Shown piece by piece: positions 26,173 through 39,800 of a stretch of DNA of 64,000 nucleotides. The notes below the pieces were generated by a model. The model saw only the letters and a program-made list of their open reading frames with translations. It made no database searches and was not told the DNA's origin. Both the position numbers and the translations under genes were made by a program. Where the stretch lies: assembly GCF_030684315.1 (NCBI RefSeq), contig NC_081370.1, forward strand, positions 22,698,267 through 22,762,266, in the 5' to 3' direction. The stretch is from Stegostoma tigrinum (lineage: Eukaryota). Each line of letters starts with the position of its first letter. Position 1 is the stretch's first letter.

Positions 26173-26829
26173 ACTCCCCTTTATATTCGTGTGGGTCTAC
26201 TCTCTCTGTAACTAGCCTTTTGCTCCGAATAAATGCATAAAACGCCTTGAGATTCTACTTCATCCTGCTGGGCAAGAACATTTCATAGTTCCTTCGAGCC
26301 TTCTTAAGTCTCTGTTGAGCTCCTTTCTATTTTCTCTATATTCGTCAAGGATTTCATTTGTTCTTATTTACCTAGACATTCTTCCCCTCTTTTTTGACTA
26401 AGCCAAAAATTTCCCCTGCCATCAAAGGTTCCGAAATCCTGCTATTCCTGTCCTTTCTTTTCACAGGAATGTACCTTGGTCCCGCACTCTAATCAACTGG
26501 ACTTTAAAAGATTCCCACACGTCAGATGTGGATTTACCCTCAAACAGCTGCTCCCAATCCACATTCTCCACTTCTTACCTAATTTGGTTATAGTTGGCCT
26601 TCTCCCAATTTAACGTCTTCAGCCGAGGTTCACAATTGTCCGTATCCAGGAGTATCCTAAAACCTTTGGAACTATGATCACTATTCATAAAATGCTTCCC
26701 CACTGAAACTTTGAAAAGGTAAAGCTACCTGAAAAGTTCAGAATGTTTGCTGTTCACTCTGAATCCTGCATTTGTAAACCGGCTGGAGAGGAATTTCTGG
26801 CAATACCAAGCCTCCATTAAGTAAATGTA

Positions 26830-27040
26830 CAATCACTATAGTCCTGCATTCTCATTAGAGAGAGATGACTGGTGGTGGTTTAACTTGAGGGTTACCATAC
26901 CTCAGGTGACGGGTGAAGTTGGGGAGAGTCCTTCACAGTAATCATTTGGTGGTCAATTAACTCAGTTGACTGGATAGCTGGTGTGTGTTGCAGAGTAATG
27001 TTAACAGTGTGAATTTATTTTCAACACCACCTGAGGTTAG
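26830..27040. mobile_element. tRNA-derived SINE remnant, apparently rearranged (minus-strand body followed by plus-strand head)
   Basis: 26830-26940 is colinear with 51715-51832. 26950-27040 resembles the reverse complement of 51830-51905. Confidence 0.5.
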
Positions 27041-29452
27041 ACAGAACGATAAATGAAAAGACAGCAAGTACCTGCTATCCTACAAGTGACCAGCGTCATT
27101 AATGGTTGCTGGTGGAGAATGGATTTTTTTAAAATTTTGGTGAGCCAGAATTAAGTACTCCCAGATTTGGGATAGCACATGCTTGGTCTAAAATCCAAAT
27201 TGCTCAGCAATGTACCTGCACCCTTACCTTGTGACATTTAATTTCTTGTTCTAATTTTGTCATTGCCTCTGAGGGAAGCTGCAGATTGGTATAAATAGGA
27301 CTTTTTCCCAGTAGGACCTGCTTTGAGACCTGCACTAAAAATTCCCCAATGTTTAGAATCTTGAAATTGGTAATGAGGTCAAATCTAATACTTTGAGCAA
27401 ATGATGGACTGGATTTTTATCAGAGGGAGTTCAAGATTCGTTTACTGTTTGTTTCCCGCTAGTCGCAAAATTATTGCTTGAAGCGTTTGAGTGCATGCTG
27501 AATTTGTGTAGAATGTCATTTGACTTCCTTGGAAGTGTCAGATTATGCACTTAAGACTTAAGTACTGCATGTTGCCTTACTAATGTGTTGCTTACTCAAT
27601 GCATTCACCTTACTCAAAGAGGGCTGCTGAAGATGCATTGAGGAAACTGAAGTCTTGAGTTAAGACTACTTTGCTACAAATCTATTTTCCAGGATTTAGG
27701 TTTTTGTGAAGTAACATGGTTGCATTCAGTGTTCTGTCAACATTGGATATGGAAGAGAAGGACCTGTAAAATCAGGAAAATTGTCCTAGTAACACCAGTT
27801 ACCAAGCAAAGTAACACAAATGACCTGTCATAGCATGTGCATTTTATGAACTTGGAATGAGTGATGGATACCGAAGAAGACAAAAGTTTACCAATGATGT
27901 AGTGACTAGCTCAGAAACATCACCAGACGATACATAACATTGGTACAGGGCTAACTGCGAATGCCAAGCCAAAGCCTTCAATTTGTATGTATCACTTCTT
28001 TGTATGGAAGTAAGTTCTGATAATTATGACCAGAGAAGAGAGTATATATAACACAAAGGCTTTGCTACAAATAAAACCGATATTTTTAGGATCTTGAAGG
28101 AGCGCTGAGGAGTATCCTTTGACAGTACAATATCTCCTACACTCCTCCGGATTTCTGAATAATTGTTATCCGCTGTATACTGCACTTCTCTCTACAAAGA
28201 AAATTTCATGTGCAGTTTGATAATCAAGACTGCAAACCATGCCACAACAAGAGAATGAAAATATCATTCGGAAATTACAAGTGGCAGTTGTGCAAACATA
28301 ATTATCTAGCAGTCAATCTTTCCAAGTAAACTTTGAGGTGACCCGCAGCTGCATCATTTAGTCAAGGGAGAAACCTCACTCAAATCGCAACCCTGCTATA
28401 ACCACTTTGTCGTATTCTTTCTGCATTGACTTTATGTACTTGTTAATGCTTTATTCAAGAGCAATGTTGATTTTCAGGGCTATTTCAAATGATTAACAAG
28501 AAAATAACTTCTCCCTTTACATTGTCCAGTCTACTGAATGGAAGCTTAGAACATATTTGGAGTAAGTGGGCAATATTTGAAAATGCATGGCATTGAATTA
28601 CCAGGCCATTATGCACCACATAACCAGTCAGTTCAATACTGCTCATTTTGCAACACCAGCAATTGTAAAAACTGCACAGATTATGTGCAAACCAATATAG
28701 TTTGTTTCTCTCAAACTTATAGTGGCTCACTATGAAATTTGAATAGCAATTTACAGCAATTTCTTGTTTGTCATTATTGATAGGTTAGAAGAGGGTTTAA
28801 AAATCTGAAAATCATATGCGAGTTGCAATTCACGGAATTATGAGACTTGAATTTGTTTTAACTGCAACAATTTCACACCAACAGATCTTACATTTAGCAT
28901 CGGACAGCTTTCTTCCAATGCAGGATGTATGCTTAAATAGAGTGGAGAGCATTTTGTAATCTATCTGCAACAGAACTATTCTCATTAACACTAAGTAAAC
29001 ATTTCCTTTTTTAATTGATGAAAGGTTTATGATTCTTCCATAACATTGCATTAATGTTCCTGATTGTTTTGTCCCACATTCCATCACCAAGTCATTAGTA
29101 TCATTGACCTCTCCCTTTATTCTAAAAGTTCCTCTCTTTCTACCCTCCCCCAATGCTGTTAACCATGCATTAATTATCCCTGGGTCTAAACTGCTATATA
29201 GGACTGCCTCATAGTTATCATACAAAAAATGATGCTGTGTGATAAAGAGTTACCCTTATTGATTTGGAATAATCTATTCAATGTCCAATGACCTAGCTGA
29301 GAATAGGTACCAAATATACAAACCATGTTTCCACTTTTATGGACTGATCTTGTTCGACCTTTGGAACCGAAACTTGACAAAAGCACTCTTGCAAAATCCA
29401 AAAAAAATGGTTTGTGAGAGTTGTATACCATGTAGAAAACAACTCTATAAAT

Positions 29453-31237
29453 GAACTCCATTTACTCCCCTTTGGTCCAGGAACTCCCCACCTACATCCG
29501 TGACACCACCCATGCCCTCCACCTCCTCCAGGGCTTCCAATTACCTGGCCCCCAACACCTCATTTTCACCATGGACGTCCAGTCCCTCTACACCTGTATT
29601 CCTCATGCACATGGCCTCTTCTGATTCCTCCCACTTCCTACAGACTAAGGGGGTGGCCATGGGCACCCGCATGGGACCCAGCTATGCCTGCCTCTTTGTA
29701 GGTTACGTGGAACAGTCCCTCTTCCGCACCTACACAGGCCCCAAACCCCACCTCCTCCTCCGTTACATTGATAACTGTATTGGTGCCGCCTCTTGCTCCC
29801 CAGAGGAGCTCGAACAGTTCATCCACTTTACCAACACCTTCCACCCCAATCTCAAGTTCACCTGGGCCATCTCCAACACAACCCTCACCTTCCTGGCCCT
29901 CTCAGTCTCCATCTCAGGTAACTAGCTAGAAACTGAAGTCCATTTCAAGGTCAATGACTCCCACAGCTACCTAGAATACACCTCCTCCCACCCACCCTCC
30001 TGCAAAAATTCCATCCCCTATTCCCAATTCCTCCGCCTCCGCCGCATCTGCTCCCAGGATGAGGCATTCCACTTCCGCACATCTCAGATGTCCACATTCT
30101 TCCAGGACCGCAACTTTCCCCCAGCAGTGGTCGAGAACGCCCTTGACCACGTCTCCCGCATTTCCCGCAACACATCCCTCACACCCCACCCCCGCTGCAA
30201 CCGCCCCCAGAGGATCACCCTCGTCCTCAAATACCACCCCACCAACCTCCGGATACAACGTATCATCTTCCAACACTTCCGCCATCTACAATCCGACTCC
30301 ACCACCCAAGCCATTTTTCCATCCCTACCCTTGTCTGCCTTCCGGAGAAACCAATCTATCCGCGACTCCCTTGTCCACTCCACAATCCCCTCCAACCCCA
30401 CCACACCTGGCACCTTCCCCTGCAACCGCAGGAAGTGCTACACTTGCCCCCACACCTCCTCCCTCACCCCCATCCCAGGCCCCAGGATGACCTTCCATAT
30501 CAAACAGATGTTCACCTGCACATCTGCCAATGTGGTATATTGTATCCAGTGCATCCGGTGTGGCTTCCTCTACATTGGGGAAACCAAATGGAGGCTTGGG
30601 GACCGCTTTGCAGAACACCTCCACTCGGTTCGCAATAAACAACTGCACCTCCCAGTCGCGAACCATTTCAACTCCCCCTCCCATTCCTCAGATGACATGT
30701 CCATCATGGGCCTCCTGCAGTGCCACAATGATGCCACCCGAAGGTTGCAGGAACAGCAACTCTTATTCCGCTTGGGAACCCTGCAGCCCAATGTTATCAA
30801 CGTGGACTTCACAAGCTTCAAAATCTCCCCTTCCCCTACTGCATCCCAAAACCAGCCCAGTTCTTCCCCTCCCCCCACTGCATCCCAAAACCAGCCCAGC
30901 CTGTCTCTGCTTCCCTAACCTGTTCTTCCTCTCACCTATCCCTTCCTCCCACCTCAAGTTGCACCTCCATTTCCTACCTACCACCTCATCCCACCTCCTT
31001 GACCTGTCCATCTTCCCTGGACTGACCTATCCCCTCCCTACCTCCCCACCTATACTCTCCTCTCTACCTATCTTGTTTTCTCTCCATCTTCGGTCCACCT
31101 CCCCCTCTCTCCCTATTTATTCCAGTTCCTTCTCCCCATCCCCCTCTCTGATGAAGGGTCCAGGCCCGAAACATCAGCTTTCCTGCTTCTGAGATGCTGC
31201 TTGGCCTGCTGTGTTCATCCAGCTCCACTCTTTGTTA
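29453..31237 (+). mobile_element. 5'-truncated PLE family A (Neptune-type) copy: RT, Cys linker, GIY-YIG EN and pLTR with HHR; probable 9 bp TSD
   Basis: QTKGVAMGTRMGPSYACLF, RYIDN, CNRRKCYTC, NVVYCIQC..C..LYIGET, LGTLQPNVIN. Has an internal deletion at ~29618 and a stop at ~29923. tctataaat at 29444-29452 and 31238-31246. Confidence 0.95.
31148..31175 (+). ncRNA. Minimal type I hammerhead ribozyme core in PLE pLTR
   Basis: CTGATGA-A-GGGTC-CA-GGCCC-GAAAC-ATC. Confidence 0.65.
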
Positions 31238-32008
31238 TCTATAAATATTGAGGTTTGGTACATCAAAAAAAGGAAGTGTTCTGAATAATATTATAAAACA
31301 TTATTCATTGAATGCCCTGCCTCAGTTTTTCACCAGTGCCATAATGGCTGATCAGAAACACAAAGTGCTTTTTAACTTATAATTCCAAATTATCTGTTTT
31401 ATTTCAGAAAAAGAGAACTGCTACAGGTGAGGAAAGAAAAAGACCACAGGGGTAAATTCAATACAGTCTAAGAAAGTGGCGTACTGGACACATGGAATGT
31501 TACACCTGTAGAATGTCAGAAACATTTCGAACAGGAATAGAGAGATGTAGCAGGGTGAGACATAAGAAGTTGTTATCTCCATCTTAGCAGAAAGCCACTT
31601 TCAGCATTTTTTTTTGTGCAATGTCCTTCCAGGGATTTATAAACCAAGTGCAACCCTGGTCCGGGAGTCCTTGTGGAAGAAGATGCACTAGTGAACTGAG
31701 GTCCATGTGTATTAGCCTGGATTTGAAGGTTGGAGTGTTGTGAAGGTCACAGTCAAACAATCACCCATTTAGTAACACTGCATTGTGAATGAAACAACTC
31801 ACTCACAGTCAACCAGCAAACCACATCAGAAGGAAAAAGAAATAAAAAATCAACAAAACTTCAAAAGTCAAGAATCCCAAAATCAATTGTTCAACTATCA
31901 ATGTCTCCACTATCTAAGTTTCCCAAACTATTCGGGAAGACTGAACCCGATATATTTTAACTTTTGTCTTTTCTTGGAGTCACTTCTTGATCCTAATCCA
32001 TATGTATA

Positions 32009-32314
32009 TAGATCATAGGATCCCTACAGTGTGGAAACAGGCCCTTCAGCCCAACAAGTCCACACAGATTCTCAGACCATCCCACCCAGACCCATCCCCC
32101 TATAACCCACTTAATCTACACATCCCTGAACACTATGGGCATTTTAGCATGTCCAATCCACCTGGCCTGCACAACTTTGGGCTGTGGGAGGAAACCCAGA
32201 CAGGCACGGAGAGAATATGCAAACTCCACACAGACAGTGGTCCAAGGGTGGGATCGAACCCGGGTATTTGGCACTGTGAGGCAGCAGTGCTAACCACTGA
32301 GCCACCATGCCGCC
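32009..32314 (-). mobile_element. HE1-type V-SINE
   Basis: Minus strand starts ggcggcatggtggctcagtggttagcactgctgcctcacag. Has B-box ggttcgatcc and a V-domain. Confidence 0.9.
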
Positions 32315-34138
32315 AAAAGTAAATGTTGCATAGTTCTTTCTTTTTGCATTCAGTAGCTAGCAAACTCATTCTTCCATTAACTCAAGAAAGCCTGGTTACA
32401 TTGACTCCTTTTTGAAACATAAATTCATTTGGCCTGGGAGTAAAGCATCCACAAGGGAGGGATTTAAAAAAAAAATAACCTTGTGGTAACAGACTGGGTG
32501 TTCATTTGAATAAGTATGAGGAGCCTGTTCATCCTTCCTTACTCAAGAGTTTAATGAATTAAGGTATCCATTTGGAACTATGACTTCAGGAACTTCACCT
32601 GTGTATGGTTGCAACAATCAATTCATGAATAGAAACAATGTGTGCCATATTTACAGATGGGTGCCCATTAACTATGGATTGGATAATAAAGGGGACTGGA
32701 CAAAGAGACCCTTTACTCTACTGTGGCGAAAGCTGTGTCTTATCCAAATGGTGAAGATGTCTGACATCTTCTAAGTTACTTAGTTTTCATTGAGTCAGTG
32801 ACATTTTCAAAACCCAACAGCTGGGTCCTGACATTTTAGTTTTTGGGTCAACAGTAAACCACTGAAGCAATTCTCCATTTCACTTGCAGCTCATTTACCA
32901 AGTTAAATGAAAATTTCAGAGGGTTTGGTTAATAAAACCAAAAAATTCAATATTCCAACACAAACCTCGTTCCTTTGGTTGCGGGTGGGGTTGACTGTGG
33001 TAAAAGTATTGTGTTCACAGAATATTTCAGCCTAATCAAGCATTCCCAGGTGGAAAATGAATTCATCATCAACTAGAAAAAAAGTGTACTAACAAAATGT
33101 ACAGCAAATGGATGAAAACTCTATGAACTACAGGCCTACAGTGAAGTACTAATTTAGCTGCATATGTTTGTAGTCTTGCAAAGGAATTGTCCTGCATTAG
33201 TGATTAGCTCGATTTGAAAATATATTAAGTTTCCCATACTCTATTGCTTTTGTTATGTAAAAGGGAAACAGTAGTGGTTTAAGGAGATATTGAAGTGGAG
33301 ATACATATGGAAGAATTTGAATTTGAATTGAAATTTCAATAAAAATGTGTTTAAATGCGTAAGGGTGCCTCTAATATCTTAGATAGGCAAACATGTCATG
33401 GTATGAAACCAGAGTCATCAAACCTTTGCGACTGACCTGTGAGTGGGAATGCTACAACTGGCTTCAGTCTCTGCAAGCTGAAGGGAGAAATGTTTCTGAT
33501 TTTGCATCCACTATGTCAATCTATTTCAAAAACTGAATTTCCCTCCTAAATTTTATCCAACAGTTCTGTTTTCTTCATTACTCTACTGATTGTGTGAATC
33601 ATGGCTGGTGTCCTGTTCTCTGGGTGCGAGTCTTCATCTGCTGCCTCACTTATGCATACCATCCCTGAAAGTGTGTGTTAGCAGAGACAATTCAACCAAA
33701 GTGGTATCACAGCCCTGTCTATGCTGGCCCACTGTGTTGATGCACATGAAGTACCTAAAGGGGTTGCTACCCGGCAGCCAGGAATGAGAGCTTTGGTTAA
33801 TGTTCATATCTGAACCTAGGGACACTGACATCATTTTAAAGACTGTCAGGGATAAGTGAATTCAGCGCAGTTGATGAATACCTTACCTGTATACTTCAAC
33901 TGCTTGTGAGATAAATGCACTGAGCTACTGAGGGAAATTAAGTGATTCCTGTCCAAGTTTTATGTTTTTCTCCATTTAAAATCATGACCATGGAGGCCAT
34001 TTTCATACTGAGCCATACAAGGAACAACTATGTGCTACGAGATAATGGGAACTGCAGATGCTGGAGAATTCCAGGATAATAAAATGTGAGGCTGGATGAA
34101 CACAGCAGGCCAAGCAGCATCTCAGGAGCACAAAAGCT

Positions 34139-34166
34139 GACATTTCAGGCCTAGACCCTTCATCAG
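34139..34166 (-). ncRNA. Minimal hammerhead ribozyme core (CpG-decayed)
   Basis: CTGATGA-A-GGGTC-TA-GGCCT-GAAAT-GTC. Confidence 0.55.
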
Positions 34167-34390
34167 AGACGGGGATGGGGAGAGGGAACTGGAATAAATA
34201 GGGAGAGAGGGGGAGGCGGACCGAAGATGGAGAGTAAAGAAGATAGGTGGAGAGAGTGTAGGTGGGGAGGTAGGGAGGGGATAGGTCAGTCCAGGGAAGA
34301 CGGACAGGTCAAGGAGGTGGGATGAGGTTAGTAGGTAGATGGGGGTGCGGCTTGGGGTGGGAGGAAGGGATGGGTGAGAGGAAGAACAGG

Positions 34391-36460
34391 TTAGGGAGGC
34401 AGAGACAGGTTGGACTGGTTTTGGGATGCAGTGAGTGGAGGGGAAGAGCTGGGCTGGTTGTGTGGTGCAGTGGGGGGAGGGGACAAACTGGGCTGGTTTA
34501 GGGATGCAGTTGGGGAAGGGGAGATGTTGAAGCTGGTGAAGTCCACATTGATACCATTAGGCTGCAGGGTTCCCAGGCGGAATATGAGTTGCTGTTCCTG
34601 CAACCTTCGGGTGGCATCATTGTGGCACTGCAGGAGGCCCATGATGGACATGTCATCTAAAGAATGGGAGGGGGAGTGGAAATGGTTTGCGACTGGGAGG
34701 TGCAGTTGTTTGTTGCGAACCGAGCGGAGGTGTTCTGCAAAGCAGTCTCCAAGCCTCCGCTTGGTTTCCCCAATGTAGAGGAAGCCACACTGGGTACAGT
34801 GGATGCAGTATACCACATTGGCAGATGTGCAGGTGAACCTCTGCTTAATGTGGAATGTCATCTTGGGGCCTGGGATAGGGGTGAGGGAGGAGGTGTGGGG
34901 GCAAGTGTAGCATTTCCTGCGGTTGCAGGGGAAGGTGCCGGGTGTGGTGGGGTTGGAGGGCAGTGTGGAGCAAACAAGGGAGTCACGGAGAGAGTGGTCT
35001 CTCTGGAAAGCAGACAGGGGTGGGGATGGGAAAATGTCTTGGGTGGTGGGGTCGGATAGTAGATGGTGGAAGTGTCGGAGGATGATGCGTTGTATCCGGA
35101 GGTTGGTGGGGTGGTGTGTGAGAACGAGGGGGATCCTCTTGGGGCGGTCGTGGCGGAGGCGGGGTGTGAGGGATGTGTTGCGGGAAATACAGGAGACGCG
35201 GTCAAGGGCGTTCTCGATCACTGTGGGGGGAAAGTTGTGGTCCTTGAAGAACTTGGACATCTGGGATGTGCGGGAGTGGAATGTCTTATCGTGGGAGCAG
35301 ATGCGGCGGAGGCGGAGGAATTGGGAATAGGGGATGGAATTTTTGCAGGAGGGTGGGTGGGAGGAGGTGTATTCTAGGTAGCTGTCGGAGTCGGTGGACT
35401 TGAAATGGACATCAGTAACTAGCTGGTTGCCTGAGATGGAGACTGAGAGATCCAGGAAGGTGAGGGATGTGCTGGAGATGGCCCAGGTGAACTGAAGGTT
35501 GGGGTGGAAGGTGTTGGTGAAGTGGATGAACTGTTCGAGCTCCTCTGGGGAGCAAGAGGCGGCGCCGATACAGTCATCAATGTTCCGGAGGAAGAGGTGG
35601 GGTTTGGGGCCTGTGTAGGTGCGGAAGAGGGACTGTTCCACGTAACCTACAAAGAGGCAGGCATAGCTGGGGCCCATGCGGGTGCCCATGGCCACCCGCT
35701 TAGTCAGTAGGAAGTGGGAGGAGTCAAAAGAGAAGTTGTTGAGGGTGAGGACGAGTTCGGCTAGGCGGATGAGGGTGTCGGTGGAGGGGGACTGGTCTGG
35801 CCTGCGGGACAGGAAGAAGCGGAGGGCCTTGAGGCCATCTGCATGCGGAATGCAGGTGTGTAGGGACTGGACGTCCATGGTGAAGATGAGGTGTTGGGGG
35901 CCAGGGAATTGGAAGTCCTAGAGGAGGTGGAGGGCGTGGGTGGTGTCACGGACGTAGGTGGGGAGTTCCTGGACCAAAGGGGAGAAAATGGAGCCCAGAT
36001 AGGTGGAGATGAGTTCGGTGGGGCAGGAGCAGGCTGAGACGATGGGTCAACCAGAGCAGGCAGGTTTGTGGATTTTGGGAAGGAGATAGAAACTGGCCGT
36101 GCGGGGTTGGGAACAATGAGGTTGGAGGCTGTGGGTGGGAGGTCACCTGAGGTGATGAGGTCATGAATGGTGTTGGAGATGATGGTTTGGTGCTCGGGCA
36201 TGGGGTCATGATCGAGGGGGCGGTAGGAGGTTGTGTCGGAGAGTTGGCGTCTGGCCTCGGCGATGTAGAGGTCAGTGCGCCATACTACCACTGCGCCACC
36301 CATGTCTGCGGGTTTGATGGTGAGGTTGGGGTTGGAGCGGAGGGAGCAGAGGGCTGCCCGTTCTGTGGGGGAGAGGTTGGAGTGGGTGAGACGGGTGGAG
36401 AGGTTGAGGCGGTTAATGTCTCGACGGCAGTTGGAGATGAAGAGGTCGAGGGAAGGTAGG
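34391..36460 (-). pseudogene. PLE polyprotein (reverse transcriptase + GIY-YIG endonuclease), 5'-truncated and frameshifted
   Basis: The 495 aa open frame 34391-35878 has MDVQSLHT, VAMGTRMGPSYA, LRNIDD (YIDD mutated), CNRRKCYTC and VVYCIHC..C..LYIGETKRRL. The upstream IKPADMGGAVVV lies in another frame. Confidence 0.9.
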
Positions 36461-36788
36461 ACGCCAGTTCGTCCCCTCCCCCCACTGCACCACACAACCA
36501 GCCCAGCTCTTCCCCTCCACTCACTGCATCCCAAAACCAGTCCAACCTGTCTCTGCCTCCCTAACCTGTTCTTCCTCTCACCCATCCCTTCCTCCCACCC
36601 CAAGCCGCACCCCCATCTACCTACTAACCTCATCCCACCTCCTTGACCTGTCCGTCTTCCCTGGACTGACCTATCCCCTCCCTACCTCCCCACCTATACT
36701 GTCTCCACCTATCTTCTTTTCTCTCCATCTTTGGTCCGCCTCCCCCTCTCTCCCTATTTATTCCAGAACCCTCACCCCATCCTCCTCT

Positions 36789-36816
36789 CTGATGAAGGGT
36801 CGAGGCCCGAAACGTC
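36789..36816 (+). ncRNA. Minimal type I hammerhead ribozyme core
   Basis: CTGATGA-A-GGGTC-GA-GGCCC-GAAAC-GTC, with palindromic ACGT in place of helix III. Confidence 0.75.
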
Positions 36817-39800
36817 AGCTTTTGTGCTCCTGAGATGCTGCTTGGCCTGCTGTGTTCATCCAGCCTCATATTTTATTATCCTGGAACAACTATGTGCTGT
36901 CAGTTTTCTGCCACTGATATTGATTCTGCTTTTGTTCAATCTTTTTGTAAGCAACACAAATTAATTTGTTTACTGTGCTTAATTATATACGTACTCTGCA
37001 AACAAAGATTGCTTAAGCCTGAGCAATAGTATTTGACTTTACAATCTTCTTGTATTTCTTTTCTCAGTCTTTTTTAACCACAATAGTTTTCTTCCTTCAG
37101 TTTCCCTTTCTGTGCTTTTCTTCTGTCTTTGTTTTCTTATTTTATCTCAAATGCTCAAGCTCAGGTCAAGCATGGTGTGAAATATGCCAAATTGTCTGCC
37201 AAATAATGAAGAAAAATTTCTTGGATACTCTGCAAATGCTACTATCTAAATCTTTCCCCGTGAGCTCTGGAGTGAAGTGAACCATTTGTGTTTGCTCTTT
37301 AGTTGCTTTTGCTAATGTCCAGCAGGGCCTTGACTAATTTCTGTTCAAAAAACCTTTAACATTAATATGAGGAATAACTGTTTCAAAGTAAAGCACAAGT
37401 TAAGTGAAAATGAACAATTTGAAAATATGAAAAATGTGTGAGTAAAAATGAAATAGAAGTGGACAAATATTTTATGCCTCTTTATTAAATACCAGCTGTC
37501 TTAGTATCCCATTGAGAGACACCTACATCTGCCACAAATACTGGGAATACCCTTGTCTGCATAAGTGAGAATGAGCTGGGGGCACCACATGCAACAGCTG
37601 AAGCCACGAGTCTCTGGTTTTCCTGAATCAAAATAAAGCAGGGACATAATGCTTGCAATTGGAAACACACAGGACTAGAACACAGTCTATCAAAACAAAC
37701 ACTTGATCCAAGTACCTTTTCCCTCGTTTATTGCTGCAGATCTCTTCGCTCAATCAGTAAGTTGTCATCAAAATTGCCTGTTTCTCACTACTAGCCCTGT
37801 TTGGTAAACAAGTGTTCTACACTGTTAGTTAGTAAATCCCAGGGAATGGAGAGAAAAGTCCCAAAATCCAAAATAAACTGAAAATTCTGTAGATGCGTAG
37901 CAGGTCAGCAAGCATTTGAATCGGACAATTATGGGGATACAATTGATGGTTACAAAGGTTTGAGAATGTTCCATAAATCATTATAATGCTGTCTATTTTT
38001 CAAATGGTAAAGGTCTTGCTGAATACTTACAGAATTTTCTGCTTTTGTTGTACAGCCTTTTACTGAAAAATTAATCCAGCCAGGCATGTATTTTTTATTT
38101 GTTTTTATCAGTTCGAGTCCAGTATTTCTCTTGTCTGCATGAAAATTTAACAATATTGCTGTAAGCCTAAGTCTGCACTGCAGTAAAAAATATCAAGTAA
38201 AACGAGCTTGAAATTCATTAAGTCATTGGCAAAAGTTGAGAAATTATGAGAGTACAGCTGAGAATGTAAATTCTGGAAGCGAACAACACATGTGTGGTAC
38301 TTTGTGTCTCAACGTTAACGATGATGCACAAGTCCACCCAGCTCAAATTAGTTAAAGGCCATACCTGCAAGGCCCCTAAATTAGATTGTTATATTTGGAA
38401 TTCAGAAGTCCTTGTTTCTGGATAGTCAAGCTTGAATCCACAGAAAAATCACAGTTTGGAACGCCATTTTTAATTTTAAAAATATTCATACTTTCTCAGC
38501 ATTGGAATGCACTAGCCATGATTTTCTGTCCATTAAAACCATTCACGTGTAACATTCTAATCAGCTTCAGGAACACGCAAAAGTGCCGCAAGCCACGTCA
38601 CTCTGACATGTTTTCATGCCCAGCAAAAACGTTTCTGGCTTCTGATAGTGATCTGCACACAGTTTCCCCCTGCCCTCTGCCCTCTGCCCTTCATTAAACA
38701 ACGAGTTTTGGGACCCCACAATTAGAATTGTGACTAATCTCATAACCTTCTTTATGGTTGTTTCCTTCTCCCTTGTTCACAACCATGTACAAATGCAATG
38801 TGAAACATTACGACTGTTGATGTAATAAATTCTGTCGCTACTTTAACAGTAATTTATTATACTTGTTTATTTGGTGTTAAATTGTGATCTAACCTGCATT
38901 TGTAATGTTAAGGAGCACCTAAAATGCTTTCTTAAAATTTCAATTTGTTAGTCCAAAATTTGTTTTGAGTTTGGTGAAGTCAGATTATGCTGTGGCACTC
39001 TGTAATATAACAGTTAAACAATTGCCCCAAAATACAAGATGTTTTTAATACCAGAATCGATGACTGTCAATCCAAGTATGTTCAGTTGAATGGATTAAGG
39101 AAATTTAAAATTTTGATCTAATTCTTAACTGCTGGAAATTGTAAGCCCTTACCTGATGTTCACCTCCCCTCCTTTGCAAAAACAACTTGATAATACAGAT
39201 AATAGAGCTAAAGTAAGCATACCATAAAGAAACTCTGACATACAGAATATCTGATAGTACTTGAAAAAACAGTAGTAAATAGAAGTGCTCAGCAAACTCA
39301 CCTCACTGGAGTATTAGCAATGCAATAGTTGAATGAGTATATATTGTAGATTATGTTTGTCCATGTTTCTGGCAAGCCTAATATTCATAGCTCAAACTTA
39401 AATAATAATAATTTTTTAAAAAGCAGATTCATTTGGTAGTATTAATAACCTTGAAGAAACTGTGAGATACCTCTGGGAATTTTTGACCCTCTGAATTGTC
39501 CAAGTCATGGCCATGTCTGTGTTGCGTATTTAGGAGAGAAATGTATGCTGATTGACAGTGACGGCAGATGTCTGCAGAGTGCTCCCTATCTGGACTGTGC
39601 TCTTCCACCTGTTTACTGTCGGTTCATATCACTCCCTGACCTGCTGACCAACTTACACTCCCTGGAGCATCTGAGTTCAAGCATCCTTACATATATAGAG
39701 ACTGAAAATCTTTGACAGCCCCTAAATTATTCCAGCAAGAGTGGGCTTTCTGTTCAGCCAGTTATTTTTCTTTCTGCTGCAATTTTTTTCTTCCCTTTCT

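Larger units (their letters stand above)
24715..26712 (-). mobile_element. Decayed CR1-like LINE ORF2 fragment containing a nested SINE
   Basis: Remnants GALKYIKVGKSPG, GKVPD, VFEEVTRMIDEGR..DVAYIDFGKAFDKV and GPLLLVI.INDL...ISKFA.DTKI. Confidence 0.8.
34037..36882 (-). mobile_element. PLE family A (Neptune-type) 2.8 kb copy with inverted pLTR at the 5' end, 16 bp TSD
   Basis: The minus-strand body runs 36460-34037 and the inverted pLTR 36464-36882. ggaacaactatgtgct at 34021-34036 and 36883-36898. Confidence 0.95.

Noticed and set aside
34391-35878. 495 aa ORF as an active or domesticated RT gene
   Set aside because: The catalytic motif reads NIDD, the N-terminus is frameshifted and truncated, and it sits inside a TSD-flanked repeat.
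34410-36646. Multiple long plus-strand ORFs antisense to the PLE (also at 29.6-31.0 kb and 62 kb)
   Set aside because: Shadow frames caused by the strong C-rich/G-rich strand skew of the element. No independent protein signal.
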